Shown here in pieces: positions 1-9,877 of a DNA stretch of 64,000 nucleotides. Below the pieces are notes generated by a model. It had not been told where the DNA came from, did not search any database, and saw nothing but the letters and a program-made list of their open reading frames with translations. Numbering within the stretch: position 1 is the stretch's first letter; each line of letters starts with the position of its first letter. This DNA is from Leptonemataceae bacterium (GTDB lineage Bacteria > Spirochaetota > Leptospiria > Leptospirales > Leptonemataceae), in the NCBI GenBank assembly GCA_965227295.1, contig OZ245742.1:2432001-2496000 (forward strand). The letters are read 5' to 3'. Position numbers and translations under genes: made by a program.

Positions 1-198
1 CGGCCAGGATATTCTGCATGTCTTGCGTCCGGCTCATGAAAGGACTACGGGTCGCGTAATCAAATATAGAATGAATCCGCCCGGAAGCAAAATTTGTACG
101 GAGTATGATCGGGCAAGAATAAAGCAGGATCGGATATTGACCGGCCTGTAAAAATCAAATAAGACTGTGGCTACAATGAATGATTACAGGAGCCAAAC

Positions 199-957
199 AT
201 GAAAGTAGCCATTGTTACGGGGGGAAGCAACGGGATCGGGAAAAGCACCGCCCTGGAGCTGGCACGGCACGGAGTCGGAGTCATCCTCACCTACTATGCG
301 CATAAGGAAAGCGCCGACGATGTCGTTCGTGAAATCGAAGGATTCGGTGCCGCGCGAGCGACGGCGCTGCCGCTGGATCTGAGTCAAAAATCGAGCTTCG
401 CGACGTTCGTCCGCCAGGTGAGGGAGCGTCTGGAAGAAATCTGGCAACGGACGACTTTCGACTATCTGGTGAACAACGGCGGGACCGGCGGCCCCATGAT
501 GTTCTCGGACATGACGGAGGCGTACTTCGATCGAATCCTCCATACGAACTTTACGGGCCCCTTTTTCCTGACACAAGGCCTTGTCGCGTTTATGGAAGAT
601 GGGGGACGCATCGTAAACACCTCCAGTTCGTCGCACAGCGGACCTGTTTTCCCGGGCTACTCCGTGTACGGGCCGGCCAAGGCGGCTCTTTCCGCCTGGA
701 CCCGTTACCTGGCAAAGGAACTCGCACCGCGCAAGATTCGCGCGAACGCCATCTCGCCCGGCCCCGTGCACTCGAACTTCGGTGACGGAGCCTTCGACAA
801 ACATCCGGAGTACATTCAGCCGCTGGCCGATCAGACGGCCCTCGGTCGCATTGGTCGACCCGAGGACGTCGCCCGGGTGATCGTCAATCTGTTGTCCGAC
901 GACTTCGACTGGGTGACGGCGCAAGACCTGGAAGTCTCCGGCGGCTTTCTTTTGTAG
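199..957 (+). CDS. SDR family NAD(P)-dependent oxidoreductase
   Basis: TGGSNGIG Rossmann motif, LVNNGG (NNAG-like), catalytic YGPAK (YxxxK), NAISPG; RBS AGGAG upstream. Confidence 0.95.
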   Translation: MKVAIVTGGSNGIGKSTALELARHGVGVILTYYAHKESADDVVREIEGFGAARATALPLDLSQKSSFATFVRQVRERLEEIWQRTTFDYLVNNGGTGGPMMFSDMTEAYFDRILHTNFTGPFFLTQGLVAFMEDGGRIVNTSSSSHSGPVFPGYSVYGPAKAALSAWTRYLAKELAPRKIRANAISPGPVHSNFGDGAFDKHPEYIQPLADQTALGRIGRPEDVARVIVNLLSDDFDWVTAQDLEVSGGFLL

Positions 958-969
958 GAAAACCGGCCC

Positions 970-1407
970 CTACAGCGTTTGCAAGTATCCGAAAAACAGA
1001 ACGGCGAATCCGCCGATCTCCGCCAGGATCAAGAGCAGCATCGAGCCGTGGATCATCACGGCCGGCAACCGGACGGGGCCCAGCACGTACGGTTTTCTAA
1101 ACTGATTGTCCGTATCACCTAAGACCGCGTGCACGAGATACGTCAATTGCGCAAACGCGAAAAAGGCGAGCACCGCGGCGGCCGACCAGAAGCGTACGCT
1201 CTCGGAGTACGGGTTTAACTCGACGAACCGGGCGAGCAACAGCGCGGCGAAGCTGTAGAGCAATGCCGCGCGATGCAGCACGCTCACGTACTCCGGGGCC
1301 ACGGCCGTCGCGCTGCGAACGATGCCGGCGTACTTGCCGATCCCGCTGATCAATCCCACCAGAAAAAAGACGCCCGCTGAAACATAACAGAGTTCCAATG
1401 CACTCAT
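970..1407 (-). CDS. hypothetical integral membrane protein (about 4 TM)
   Basis: hydrophobic helices; GAGGTG RBS before ATG 1407. Confidence 0.75.
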   Translation of the reverse strand: MSALELCYVSAGVFFLVGLISGIGKYAGIVRSATAVAPEYVSVLHRAALLYSFAALLLARFVELNPYSESVRFWSAAAVLAFFAFAQLTYLVHAVLGDTDNQFRKPYVLGPVRLPAVMIHGSMLLLILAEIGGFAVLFFGYLQTL

Positions 1408-1473
1408 AAACACCTCGCATGATTTGTAATTCGTTGCGAGTTTAACCGATTGAGCCGGTCGTGTCGTCCTGAT

Positions 1474-2595
1474 CTATAATCCGGCACCGCCGCTCCGGCG
1501 ATAGGCTTGCGGTGTAACGCCGAATTCTTCGCGAAAGGCCCGGTGAAAAGCGGACTTCGACTGGAAGCCGACCGCCATGGCGACGGACAGCACGGTGCGT
1601 TCCGGTTCTTCACGCAGCATTGTCGCCGCCGCGTGGCTGCGGTGTCGATTGACGAAGCCCGCAAAGTTCAGTTGCAGATGATCGTTCAACAATTCCGAGA
1701 GCTGGTGCGCGGACAGGCCGCAGGCTTCGGCCAGGCGTGCGAGGCGCAGGTCTTCATCGGCGTAGTGTTTTTCCTCGATCATCAATCGATCCAGCTCATC
1801 GAGCACGGCATCCACCCGCACGCCGCTGAGTTTGCTGCGGGCGTACCGTGTCTTTGCCAGGGCCTGTTCGAATTCCAGGAGCGCGGCGGGGCGGCGTCCG
1901 GAAAACCAGAAGACCAGGACCGCGACGACGGCGTGGGACCAGGCGCTGCTCCGAAACAAGAACGGCACTCCGAAGAGATAGCCGGTGATGTCCGCGACGA
2001 TCATGAGCCAGACGTAAGCGAGCAAGATCCGCGCAAACCAGCGTAACTCGAAGTCCAGCGCATCCGCGGCGTTCACGCCTTCGGCCTGCCGACGCAACGG
2101 AATCCAGAGCGCGTAGGCCAGGATCGAAAGTTTCGGGCCGATCACCCACAAGAGCAGGAGCCAGTCCGCCGACGAACGCTCCACCGGTACGGAGACAGGC
2201 AACCGGTGCAGCAGTTCGATTTGTTCCGGAGCGGATACGGCGAGCCAGGCCGGTACCGGCAGAACGGCCAGGATCGGCAGGAGCCAGTGCCACCATCCCG
2301 GCCGTCGCTGCTCCTGCGATGAAACACCGATGCGGCTGTAATAGAAATAGAGGATCGGCCCGATCGCATATAACAAAGGGACGGGTGCAACAAACCACGC
2401 GGGAGCGAGCGCGACCAGGCCGGAGAGACACCAGGCCTCCCAGGTCAGACGCACTCCGGAAATCAAAACGAAGGCCGTGCCGGCAACGGGTACGCTCCGT
2501 CCCGGCGGGCGCAGCGTGAGCCCGATGCCCCACACGAGACAGAACACACCGCCGAATCCGATCAGTGCGAAATCAAAAAGCTGCGCCGACGACAT
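1474..2595 (-). CDS. membrane-anchored AraC family transcriptional regulator
   Basis: multi-TM N-terminus; C-terminal AraC HTH (LSAHQLSELLN...VAMAVGFQSKSAFHRAFREEFGVTP); start codon uncertain. Confidence 0.92.
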   Translation of the reverse strand: MSSAQLFDFALIGFGGVFCLVWGIGLTLRPPGRSVPVAGTAFVLISGVRLTWEAWCLSGLVALAPAWFVAPVPLLYAIGPILYFYYSRIGVSSQEQRRPGWWHWLLPILAVLPVPAWLAVSAPEQIELLHRLPVSVPVERSSADWLLLLWVIGPKLSILAYALWIPLRRQAEGVNAADALDFELRWFARILLAYVWLMIVADITGYLFGVPFLFRSSAWSHAVVAVLVFWFSGRRPAALLEFEQALAKTRYARSKLSGVRVDAVLDELDRLMIEEKHYADEDLRLARLAEACGLSAHQLSELLNDHLQLNFAGFVNRHRSHAAATMLREEPERTVLSVAMAVGFQSKSAFHRAFREEFGVTPQAYRRSGGAGL

Positions 2596-2754
2596 GTTTA
2601 GTGGAAGGTAGCCAACAGTGATCTCAGAGAGCAAGCAGGGTTCCTTGCAAACATCCCAGGCCCGTAAGCTCTAATTAAATTCTAGTACGGGCTACCGTAT
2701 AAAGAAACACATTAAAACTTGATCAAATTTCGCCGGGATGTTAGCTCTAGTATC

Positions 2755-4440
2755 ATGTCAAGGGAAGGTCGCCGGGCGGCCGTTCGTTATACGATCCTCT
2801 ATTTAGTTGCGGCCTTCGCATGGATCATTATCGGAGACCAGGTGCTGGAGCACCGGGTGGGCGCTCATGAGAATTCCAGCCTCAATGTCACGAGCTTTCA
2901 AACTCTGAAAGGCGGCCTCTTCGTGCTCTTAACGGGGATCGGCCTGTTCGTACTGTTTCACCGCGCCCTGCATCGGGAAAGTCAGCTCCAGAGGACCATG
3001 CGTCTGCTCCTGGAAAACGCGAACGATTTGATCTTTCGTTATCGTCTGCAACCGGACCGCGGCTTCGAGTACGTCAGCCCGGCGTGCCTCGCCATTACAG
3101 GCTACACCCAGGAAGAGTATTATGCCGATCCGGGACTCGGAGACAGGCTCATTCATCCGGACGACCGCGGTCTTCTGAAAAATTTAGAAGACAACCTGGA
3201 GCGGCCCGTGGTCTTGCGCTGGATTCGTAAGGACGGTTCCATTGTGTTTACCGAGCAGGTCAGCCACGGTGTGCGGGATGCCGACGGAGCACTGGTCGCC
3301 ATTGAAGGCGTCGCCCGGGATGTGAGCGAACGGATTCAACAATCTTACGAACTGCACGAAAAGGAAATGCGTTTCCATGTGGCGGTCAGTAATTTTCCGG
3401 ACCCCTTTCTGATCTACGATGGTTCCCGGCGCATCATTTTCGCCAACGCGGCTCGTGAGAATCTCAGCGAGACCGTTATCGAAGATCTCCTCTATCAGCG
3501 TGACGAGGAACTCTACGGCATGGAAAATGTGCAGGACTATGTCATCCTCCTGGAAGATGCTCTGCGCAGCCGTTCCATTCACGAAGCCGGGGTGACGGTA
3601 ACGTGGAACGATCGTCGGCATCGTCTGCATACCAGGGTTGTGCCCATCATCGAACGTGCACCGGAAAGGCGGGTGCGCGAACTTTTGGTCATCCTGCGGG
3701 ATATGACTGAGATGGAAATTATGCAGGCCCAGTTGGACCAGGCCGGTCGCATGGCCACACTGGGGGAACTGGCGGCGAGCGTGGTGCACGAGATCAATCA
3801 ACCTCTGTCCGTCATCAAAATGGCCGCGAACTTACTCGCCAACGAAGAACGGCCGAGCCCGGAGTTTGTAAAGGAACGCACTGAAAAAATAACGAATAGT
3901 GTCCGTCGCCTGGAGTACTTTACAATGCACCTCCGTCAATTCGGGCGCGTGGATACACAGCAACTGAAGAGCATGGATCTCGGCGAATGCGTGCGTTCCT
4001 CAATCCTGCTGGTCGCCGAGCGCATGCATTCTCACGCAATCACCGTACGCAATACTCTGCCGGAACGTACGTTTTTCGTTCACGGCGATCCGTTTCGTCT
4101 TGAGCAGGTGTTCGTAAACATTCTGCTCAACGCGCACGATGCCATCGAGGACAGCGAGGTCTCGCGGCGGGAAATCATCGTCTCCGGCGGCATCCAGGCC
4201 GGCGGCTTCATTGCCGTTCGCATTTTTAACTCGGGGCCGCCCATCACGCCGGAAGTTCACCGCCGGCTCTTCGAACCGTTCTTTACGACGAAAACGGAAG
4301 GCCGGGGCATGGGACTCGGCCTGTCCATCAGCTTTCGCATTGTGCAGGCTCACGGCGGTACGATCCGCGCGCTCGAACAGGATGAAGGCGCAACCTTTAT
4401 TGTGAGTCTGCCGCAAATTCTCGACACCGGAGGAACATAG
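2755..4440 (+). CDS. PAS-domain sensor histidine kinase
   Basis: 2 TM, PAS/PAC (YVSPACLAITGY..IHPDDR), H-box HEINQPL, N-box NAHDA, FEPFFTTK, GMGLGL. Confidence 0.95.
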   Translation: MSREGRRAAVRYTILYLVAAFAWIIIGDQVLEHRVGAHENSSLNVTSFQTLKGGLFVLLTGIGLFVLFHRALHRESQLQRTMRLLLENANDLIFRYRLQPDRGFEYVSPACLAITGYTQEEYYADPGLGDRLIHPDDRGLLKNLEDNLERPVVLRWIRKDGSIVFTEQVSHGVRDADGALVAIEGVARDVSERIQQSYELHEKEMRFHVAVSNFPDPFLIYDGSRRIIFANAARENLSETVIEDLLYQRDEELYGMENVQDYVILLEDALRSRSIHEAGVTVTWNDRRHRLHTRVVPIIERAPERRVRELLVILRDMTEMEIMQAQLDQAGRMATLGELAASVVHEINQPLSVIKMAANLLANEERPSPEFVKERTEKITNSVRRLEYFTMHLRQFGRVDTQQLKSMDLGECVRSSILLVAERMHSHAITVRNTLPERTFFVHGDPFRLEQVFVNILLNAHDAIEDSEVSRREIIVSGGIQAGGFIAVRIFNSGPPITPEVHRRLFEPFFTTKTEGRGMGLGLSISFRIVQAHGGTIRALEQDEGATFIVSLPQILDTGGT

Positions 4441-4443
4441 AAT

Positions 4444-5193
4444 ATGGAATATGACACAATTTTAGTTGTAGATGACGAAGAAGACATCTGTTCCGAGTTG
4501 AATATTTTTCTTTCGAAACAAAAGTTCCGGGTGCTGACCGCGCTGAACGGAGAAGATGCCATGGAGCTCTTTCGCATCTATTCACCGGCCGTGACGGTTA
4601 CCGACTATCGCATGCCGAAGATGGACGGCCTGGAACTCCTGCAGCAGATCAAGGGCACGGCACCGCAGGCCGAGGTCATTTTCATCTCCGGTCACGCGGA
4701 CATGCGGACCGCGGTCCAGGCGATCCAGAAGCATGCCTTTGATTTTCTGTCGAAGCCTATCGATCTCGATGAACTGCACGCGAAAGTGAAGGCCGCCCTT
4801 GAGCGGGTCCGCAATAATGAACTGAATCATTCCACGTATCGCGGTACGGCGCTCACTCACGAGCGCTACGAAGTCCCCCACGACGCTTCCATTCTCTTTC
4901 TGCTGACGCCTCTCGACAGCAACCAGCGCCAGCGCACCATGCAGGAGTTTCAGAAACTCACGGAGCAACGCAAGCTGGGGCCGGCCGTGATCGTTTCCCT
5001 GGGAAGCGTCGAGTACATAAACAATGTGGGCCTGAATACGTTGCTCGATATTCAAAAAGAGTTGCAAAACGACGGCAAACGCGTGTTGCTCACTCAGCTC
5101 AGCCCGCGGGTCTATCAGTATCTCAAGACACTCGGCTACCATGAAACCTTCCAGATCACGCAAAACGTGGAGAGCGCTCTGGCCTTACTGTAA
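4444..5193 (+). CDS. response regulator with C-terminal STAS (anti-sigma antagonist-like) domain
   Basis: REC motifs VVDDE, TDYRMP, KP; C-terminal VSLGSVEYINNVGL...LLTQLSPRVYQYLKTLG STAS pattern. Confidence 0.85.
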   Translation: MEYDTILVVDDEEDICSELNIFLSKQKFRVLTALNGEDAMELFRIYSPAVTVTDYRMPKMDGLELLQQIKGTAPQAEVIFISGHADMRTAVQAIQKHAFDFLSKPIDLDELHAKVKAALERVRNNELNHSTYRGTALTHERYEVPHDASILFLLTPLDSNQRQRTMQEFQKLTEQRKLGPAVIVSLGSVEYINNVGLNTLLDIQKELQNDGKRVLLTQLSPRVYQYLKTLGYHETFQITQNVESALALL

Positions 5194-5944
5194 GCGCTCG
5201 TTCGTCGACGTTTTCATCCTGGCACTCTGCTGCGCAACCTGCGCGGCTCCCCGCGAGAACGAAACCGGGACGGCCCTCGAACTCTTCGCCATTTTGGGAG
5301 CCGTCACCGTCGTGCAGATCGCCGCCGCCAACGCGGCGCGAACCTGTTCGGAATCCAGCCGTTCGAATCAGTCTAACCTGGGCCGGCCGCGTATCGCGTC
5401 GCCGTCTTTCCGCGCGGAAGATTCCACCGCCCTCGTCATCGGCGACAGCACGGCGGCGATCGGTCTGTTCGTGTCGGGCCACTATTCGCAGTCCACCGAA
5501 GTGCTCGGCCTGCCCGGGGCGACGTGTTGTGATATGGCGGAGCAACTTCCGGCGGCGCAGGCTGCGGCCCCCGAGAAAGTGATGGTCTCCACCGCGTGCG
5601 GGAACGATATTCTGAGCGGCCTTTCCGGGGACCTCGTCGTTGCCAACGGACGTTATCTCTTTGATCAGGTGGCCGCGCGGTACGGCGGCGCACAGTTGGT
5701 CGGCGTGGCCATTCATCCGACGCTCTTCGATACTTTGAATGTGCGGAAGGAAGAGACCAACGCCGAACTCCGGGCCCACGTCGAAGGACTCGGCGGTTGT
5801 TGGATTCCCATGCTTTCGATCTTCGGTGTCAGCGCCGGCGAACGCGCTCCGGCATCGCTGATGCTCGACACGATTCATTACAACGAAACGGTGTACGCGG
5901 AATTAAGGACGGCGGCGGAGTCCTTGTGCGGCATGATTTTATGA
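5141..5944 (+). CDS. SGNH/GDSL-type hydrolase, probably exported; start uncertain
   Basis: IGDST block I, GND block III, DTIH (DxxH) block V. Confidence 0.7.
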   Translation: MKPSRSRKTWRALWPYCKRSFVDVFILALCCATCAAPRENETGTALELFAILGAVTVVQIAAANAARTCSESSRSNQSNLGRPRIASPSFRAEDSTALVIGDSTAAIGLFVSGHYSQSTEVLGLPGATCCDMAEQLPAAQAAAPEKVMVSTACGNDILSGLSGDLVVANGRYLFDQVAARYGGAQLVGVAIHPTLFDTLNVRKEETNAELRAHVEGLGGCWIPMLSIFGVSAGERAPASLMLDTIHYNETVYAELRTAAESLCGMIL

Positions 5945-5953
5945 TTGATTTCA

Positions 5954-7741
5954 TCATCGTGTGATTCCCGCGCCCAGGTTGTCGCCGGCGGTTTCGCCGG
6001 TAAAGAACGCGTCCGGTGCGGCCAGCGAGCGACCGTCCAGGCCGGTGGCGCCTCCGTAAAAAACGTAGAGTGCCCCGGACTGCGCGCCGGCGAGATAGCC
6101 CTGGGCCGCCAGGATGGCGTCGCTGTAACCGTCGCCGTTCAGATCGACCACGTTCGCCACGCCGAAGCGGTCGTTGTTGTTCTGTCCGGTGAACGTAACC
6201 GACGCGGCGTTGCCCACGGTCCCGGAAGTCCGGGCGAACCCCGTGGACGATCCGTAAATGACGTACGTTTCGCCCACGACCGTACCGACTTCGCTCGCGG
6301 TCAGGGCGAGATCTTCGAAGCCGTCACCGTTGAAGTCACCGTTGTTGCCGAAGATCAAAAAATCACTCGCCGCGTTGCCGTCGTAGATGACGTCGGCGGA
6401 CGTCACCGAGTCCGTACTCCCCGCCGCGATGCCGCTCGTGCCGCCGTAGTAAATATAAGCGCGTCCCGCGGACGAATTGGCGGAGGGCGCCATGATCAAA
6501 AGATCGCCGTAGCCGTCGGAGTTCCAGTCCCCGCTCCCGAGAAAACGAGCAAACTCGTCGCCGGGATTCTCGCCGGTGAGCGCACCGTTCGCCTGTGCGA
6601 GGGCGTCACCGCTGCTCCAATTCGTCGAACTGCCGTAGTAGATATACGCGCGATCGCGGTTGGTGGCTCCGACCACAAGATCGTCGAAGCCGTCGCCGTT
6701 GTAATCATGGCTGTAGACGAAGGCCCCGTACTCGTTGCCCCCCGCTTCGCCGGTAAAGACGACGTCGGCCTGATCGCCGGCGGAAAGATCGAGGGACGCA
6801 AGACCGCTCGCGGTCCCGTAAAAGACATAGACCCGCCCCTGGGAGCCGTTGTATATCCGGGCTCCGACGGCAAGATCACGATGCCCGTCCCCGTTGAAGT
6901 CGCCGGTAGTATTCACAAAAGCGAAGTTATCGCCGGCGTTCTCTCCGGCGATGCTGACGTCCGGCGGATTCGTGCTCGTAGTGCCGCTGCTCAGTCCGCC
7001 GGACTTGCCGTAGTAGACGATGGTCCTTCCGCGGCCCGTACCGAAGTTGAACGCGCCGACCACGAGATCGCCGACGCCGTCGTTGTTCATGTCGTCAATG
7101 AGTGACAGGGCTCCCGGCAGGCCTTCCGTGGAGCCGGTGATGTTGACATCCGCCGCGGCGATGCTGTTGCTTCCGCTCCGTTGCGTTTCTGATCCGTAGA
7201 GTACGTATGCACGCCCGTTGCCGCCGCCGCCCGGATACGAGATGGCGCCCGTCAGGAAGTCTTCGTAGCCGTCGGCGTTGACGTCGCGGTACGGCGTTAA
7301 CTGAAGCGTCCTGGTTGTTTGCGCCGTGCAGAGGCCCAGGGAGTCGATGGCTCGCAACGACACGGAAACATTCCGGCCGGCGTTGCGCGGAACGGAGATG
7401 CTGTAGCTGCCGTCCGCGCCCGTGCTCGCCGCTTCGAACGCGCCCCCGTTAAACGAAGCGTACACCGTCGCGTTAGCCGCCGTGCCGCTGATGCGCCGGG
7501 CATAGAATGAACCGTTCGTCGCCGTGGTAGGAAACGTGCCGGTATCCGGCGGACAGACCTGATACAGGTACGCCGTGACGGCGGGATTGCAGAACCCGTC
7601 CGCGACCAGGCAATCGGCCTCTTGCGCGCGGCAGTGTACAAATGTAAACGTAATAGATATTAACAGCAGAATCAGTCGCACCGGGAAATTGCAGTCCGTG
7701 CAAGCCGGGCGATCAAGGAAAAAATTATCGTATTGAATCAA
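5954..7741 (-). CDS. FG-GAP / integrin-alpha beta-propeller repeat protein, probably a surface lipoprotein
   Basis: repeated D-x-N-x-D-G-x-x-D-L-x-x-GA and GRAYxxYG motifs (about 7 units); hydrophobic leader ending in Cys. Confidence 0.9.
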   Translation of the reverse strand: MIQYDNFFLDRPACTDCNFPVRLILLLISITFTFVHCRAQEADCLVADGFCNPAVTAYLYQVCPPDTGTFPTTATNGSFYARRISGTAANATVYASFNGGAFEAASTGADGSYSISVPRNAGRNVSVSLRAIDSLGLCTAQTTRTLQLTPYRDVNADGYEDFLTGAISYPGGGGNGRAYVLYGSETQRSGSNSIAAADVNITGSTEGLPGALSLIDDMNNDGVGDLVVGAFNFGTGRGRTIVYYGKSGGLSSGTTSTNPPDVSIAGENAGDNFAFVNTTGDFNGDGHRDLAVGARIYNGSQGRVYVFYGTASGLASLDLSAGDQADVVFTGEAGGNEYGAFVYSHDYNGDGFDDLVVGATNRDRAYIYYGSSTNWSSGDALAQANGALTGENPGDEFARFLGSGDWNSDGYGDLLIMAPSANSSAGRAYIYYGGTSGIAAGSTDSVTSADVIYDGNAASDFLIFGNNGDFNGDGFEDLALTASEVGTVVGETYVIYGSSTGFARTSGTVGNAASVTFTGQNNNDRFGVANVVDLNGDGYSDAILAAQGYLAGAQSGALYVFYGGATGLDGRSLAAPDAFFTGETAGDNLGAGITR

Positions 7742-8892
7742 ACCACATCAAACACGATCAACGTTACATCGTCATAGAATCTTTCGCCGCCGGTGAGCCT
7801 GCGCAAATGCCGCAGTAACGTTTCCGTAAACTCATCCGGTGATAGGTCGCGATGTTCCCGAACGAACTCTTTGAGGCCGTCGTCGCCGAACAGGGAAATG
7901 TCCCCGGCGATTTCGGTGACGCCGTCGGTGTAGAGTACAATGCGATCACCGGCGTCCAGGTCCATCACCAGTTCCTGAAACTTCGGCGACGAGGCGATGC
8001 CGATGGGAAAACCCTTCGAGTAGAGTTCGAACATTTCATCGGTGCGCCGGCGATAGAGCAGCGGGCGGGTCTGCCCGGCCAGGGTATAGTAGAGCTTGCG
8101 GCGAGTCGGATACACGCGCACGTACAGCGCCGTTAAGAACATACCCTGCACGCTGTAGCGTAAGACCGTCTCGTTGATCACGCCCAGCAACGCCGGGCCG
8201 TCCTCGGAGAGGCCGATGTTATGTTGAAAGGCCATCTTCGTGACCGCGGAAAAAAACGCGCCGGGAATGCCGTGACCGCTCACGTCGGCGAGCAGAATGC
8301 CGAGCATCTCACCGTTCTCCGCTTGCGGCGGGCGCTGGATAAAATCAAAAAAGTCGCCGCCCACTTTGTCCATGGGAATGTACTGCGCGACGAAGTCCAG
8401 ACCCGGTATCTGTGGATGAAAACCGGGCAGCAGCTTGTGTTGCAGCTCGCGCGCCATGTCCAATTCGCTTTCAATGATGCGATTGCGTTCGGCGAGCAGT
8501 CGCCGGTACTCGGAGATGCGAATCAACGACGCCACCCGCGCGATGAGCTCCCGCGGATCGAACGGCTTGGCGATGTAGTCGTCCGCGCCGTGCTGCAATC
8601 CCTCGAGCTTCGATTCGGTTTCCGTTCGGGCCGTGAGCATGACCACCGGAATCGCCTGGAGGTACGGGTCCTTCTTGAGTTCGCGGGTCGCCTCGTAGCC
8701 GTTCATCTCCGGCATGAGCACGTCCATGAGGATCAGGTCCGGGCGTGCGCTGCGGGCCAGGCCGAGGCCCTCGCGACCGTTCTCCGCCGTGAGCAAAGTG
8801 TACTCCCGGCCCAGCAGCTTTTCGATCAGCATGCGCATGTCCGGATTGTCATCCACGACCAGGACGGTGGCCTTAGCTTTTTCTGTTTTCAC
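7738..8892 (-). CDS. response regulator fused to PP2C/SpoIIE (RsbU-like) phosphatase
   Basis: REC (VVDDN, MDVLMP, KP), then VGGDFFD, ADVSGHG, LYTDGVTE, DDVT. Confidence 0.95.
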   Translation of the reverse strand: MKTEKAKATVLVVDDNPDMRMLIEKLLGREYTLLTAENGREGLGLARSARPDLILMDVLMPEMNGYEATRELKKDPYLQAIPVVMLTARTETESKLEGLQHGADDYIAKPFDPRELIARVASLIRISEYRRLLAERNRIIESELDMARELQHKLLPGFHPQIPGLDFVAQYIPMDKVGGDFFDFIQRPPQAENGEMLGILLADVSGHGIPGAFFSAVTKMAFQHNIGLSEDGPALLGVINETVLRYSVQGMFLTALYVRVYPTRRKLYYTLAGQTRPLLYRRRTDEMFELYSKGFPIGIASSPKFQELVMDLDAGDRIVLYTDGVTEIAGDISLFGDDGLKEFVREHRDLSPDEFTETLLRHLRRLTGGERFYDDVTLIVFDVV

Positions 8893-8893
8893 C

Positions 8894-9520
8894 TTAGAGT
8901 TCCTGGCGGGAGCGGATGCTGCGCGCGAGCGTGCTGCGGTCGGCGTATTCGATGGAAGCGCCGGTGGGCAGGCCGTGGGAGATGCGTGTAATGCGGACGT
9001 CGCCGGCCGCGGTCAGGCGTTCGTGGATGTAGTGGGCGGTGGCGTCTCCTTCCAGCGTCGGATTCGTGGCGATGAATACCTCGGTGACGGGCGCACTGTT
9101 CGTTGCGGTCTCGCCGCCGGAGCGATCCTGGATGCGTGCAAAGAGTTCGTTCAGGCGCAGGTCTTCCGGGCCGATGCCGTCCAGCGGGGAGAGGGCGCCC
9201 AGCAGCACGTGATACACGCCGCTATACTCGCCGGTTTTTTCGATGGCGAAGATGTCTCCGGGTTCCTCCACCACGCAGAGGGTGCCGTGTTCCCGGGCGG
9301 GGTTGGCGCAGATGTAACACAGCCCCGGACTTTCGGAGAGGCCGCCGCAGTCCGTGCAGAAGTGCACGTTGGATCTCAGTTCACGAATGGCGTCGCTCAA
9401 CTGGCCGGCCTGGAGTTCTTCGCTTTTTAAGATATGAAAGGCGATGCGCAGGGCGCTCCGCTCGCCGATGCCCGGGAGCGTCGTTAACATACGCACAAGT
9501 TTCTCTAAGGCCGGGAACAT
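8894..9520 (-). CDS. recR: recombination mediator RecR
   Basis: LPGIGERSALR HhH, C4 zinc finger, TOPRIM (ATNPTLEGDATA); dnaX-ybaB-recR order. Confidence 0.98.
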   Translation of the reverse strand: MFPALEKLVRMLTTLPGIGERSALRIAFHILKSEELQAGQLSDAIRELRSNVHFCTDCGGLSESPGLCYICANPAREHGTLCVVEEPGDIFAIEKTGEYSGVYHVLLGALSPLDGIGPEDLRLNELFARIQDRSGGETATNSAPVTEVFIATNPTLEGDATAHYIHERLTAAGDVRITRISHGLPTGASIEYADRSTLARSIRSRQEL

Positions 9521-9532
9521 AATCGTCGCCGT

Positions 9533-9877
9533 CTACAGGCCGAACATCTTTTCCATGCCGGGGATGGGAAAACCGCCGGTTACGTTTTTCATTTCGTGGG
9601 ACACGGCTTCCCGGGCGCGCCGGTTCGCCTCGTTCAGCGCCGAGATGATCAGTTCTTCCACCATGGCCTTTTCATCCGGCACCAGCAGCGCCGGGTCGAT
9701 GTCCACGTTCTTGACCTGGCCGTCGCCGGAGACGGTGACCTTCACCATGCCGGCCCCGGCTTCGCCGGTGATGGACATGCGGGACAGGCGTTCGCGCATC
9801 TGCTCCACCTGGTTTTTCATGTCGCCCAGGTTTTTGCCCAGGTTCTTAAAGAGATCCGAAAAGTTAAAATCACTCAT
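9533..9877 (-). CDS. ybaB: YbaB/EbfC family nucleoid-associated protein
   Basis: GEAGAGMVKVTVSG...EELIISALN; position between dnaX and recR. Confidence 0.95.
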   Translation of the reverse strand: MSDFNFSDLFKNLGKNLGDMKNQVEQMRERLSRMSITGEAGAGMVKVTVSGDGQVKNVDIDPALLVPDEKAMVEELIISALNEANRRAREAVSHEMKNVTGGFPIPGMEKMFGL

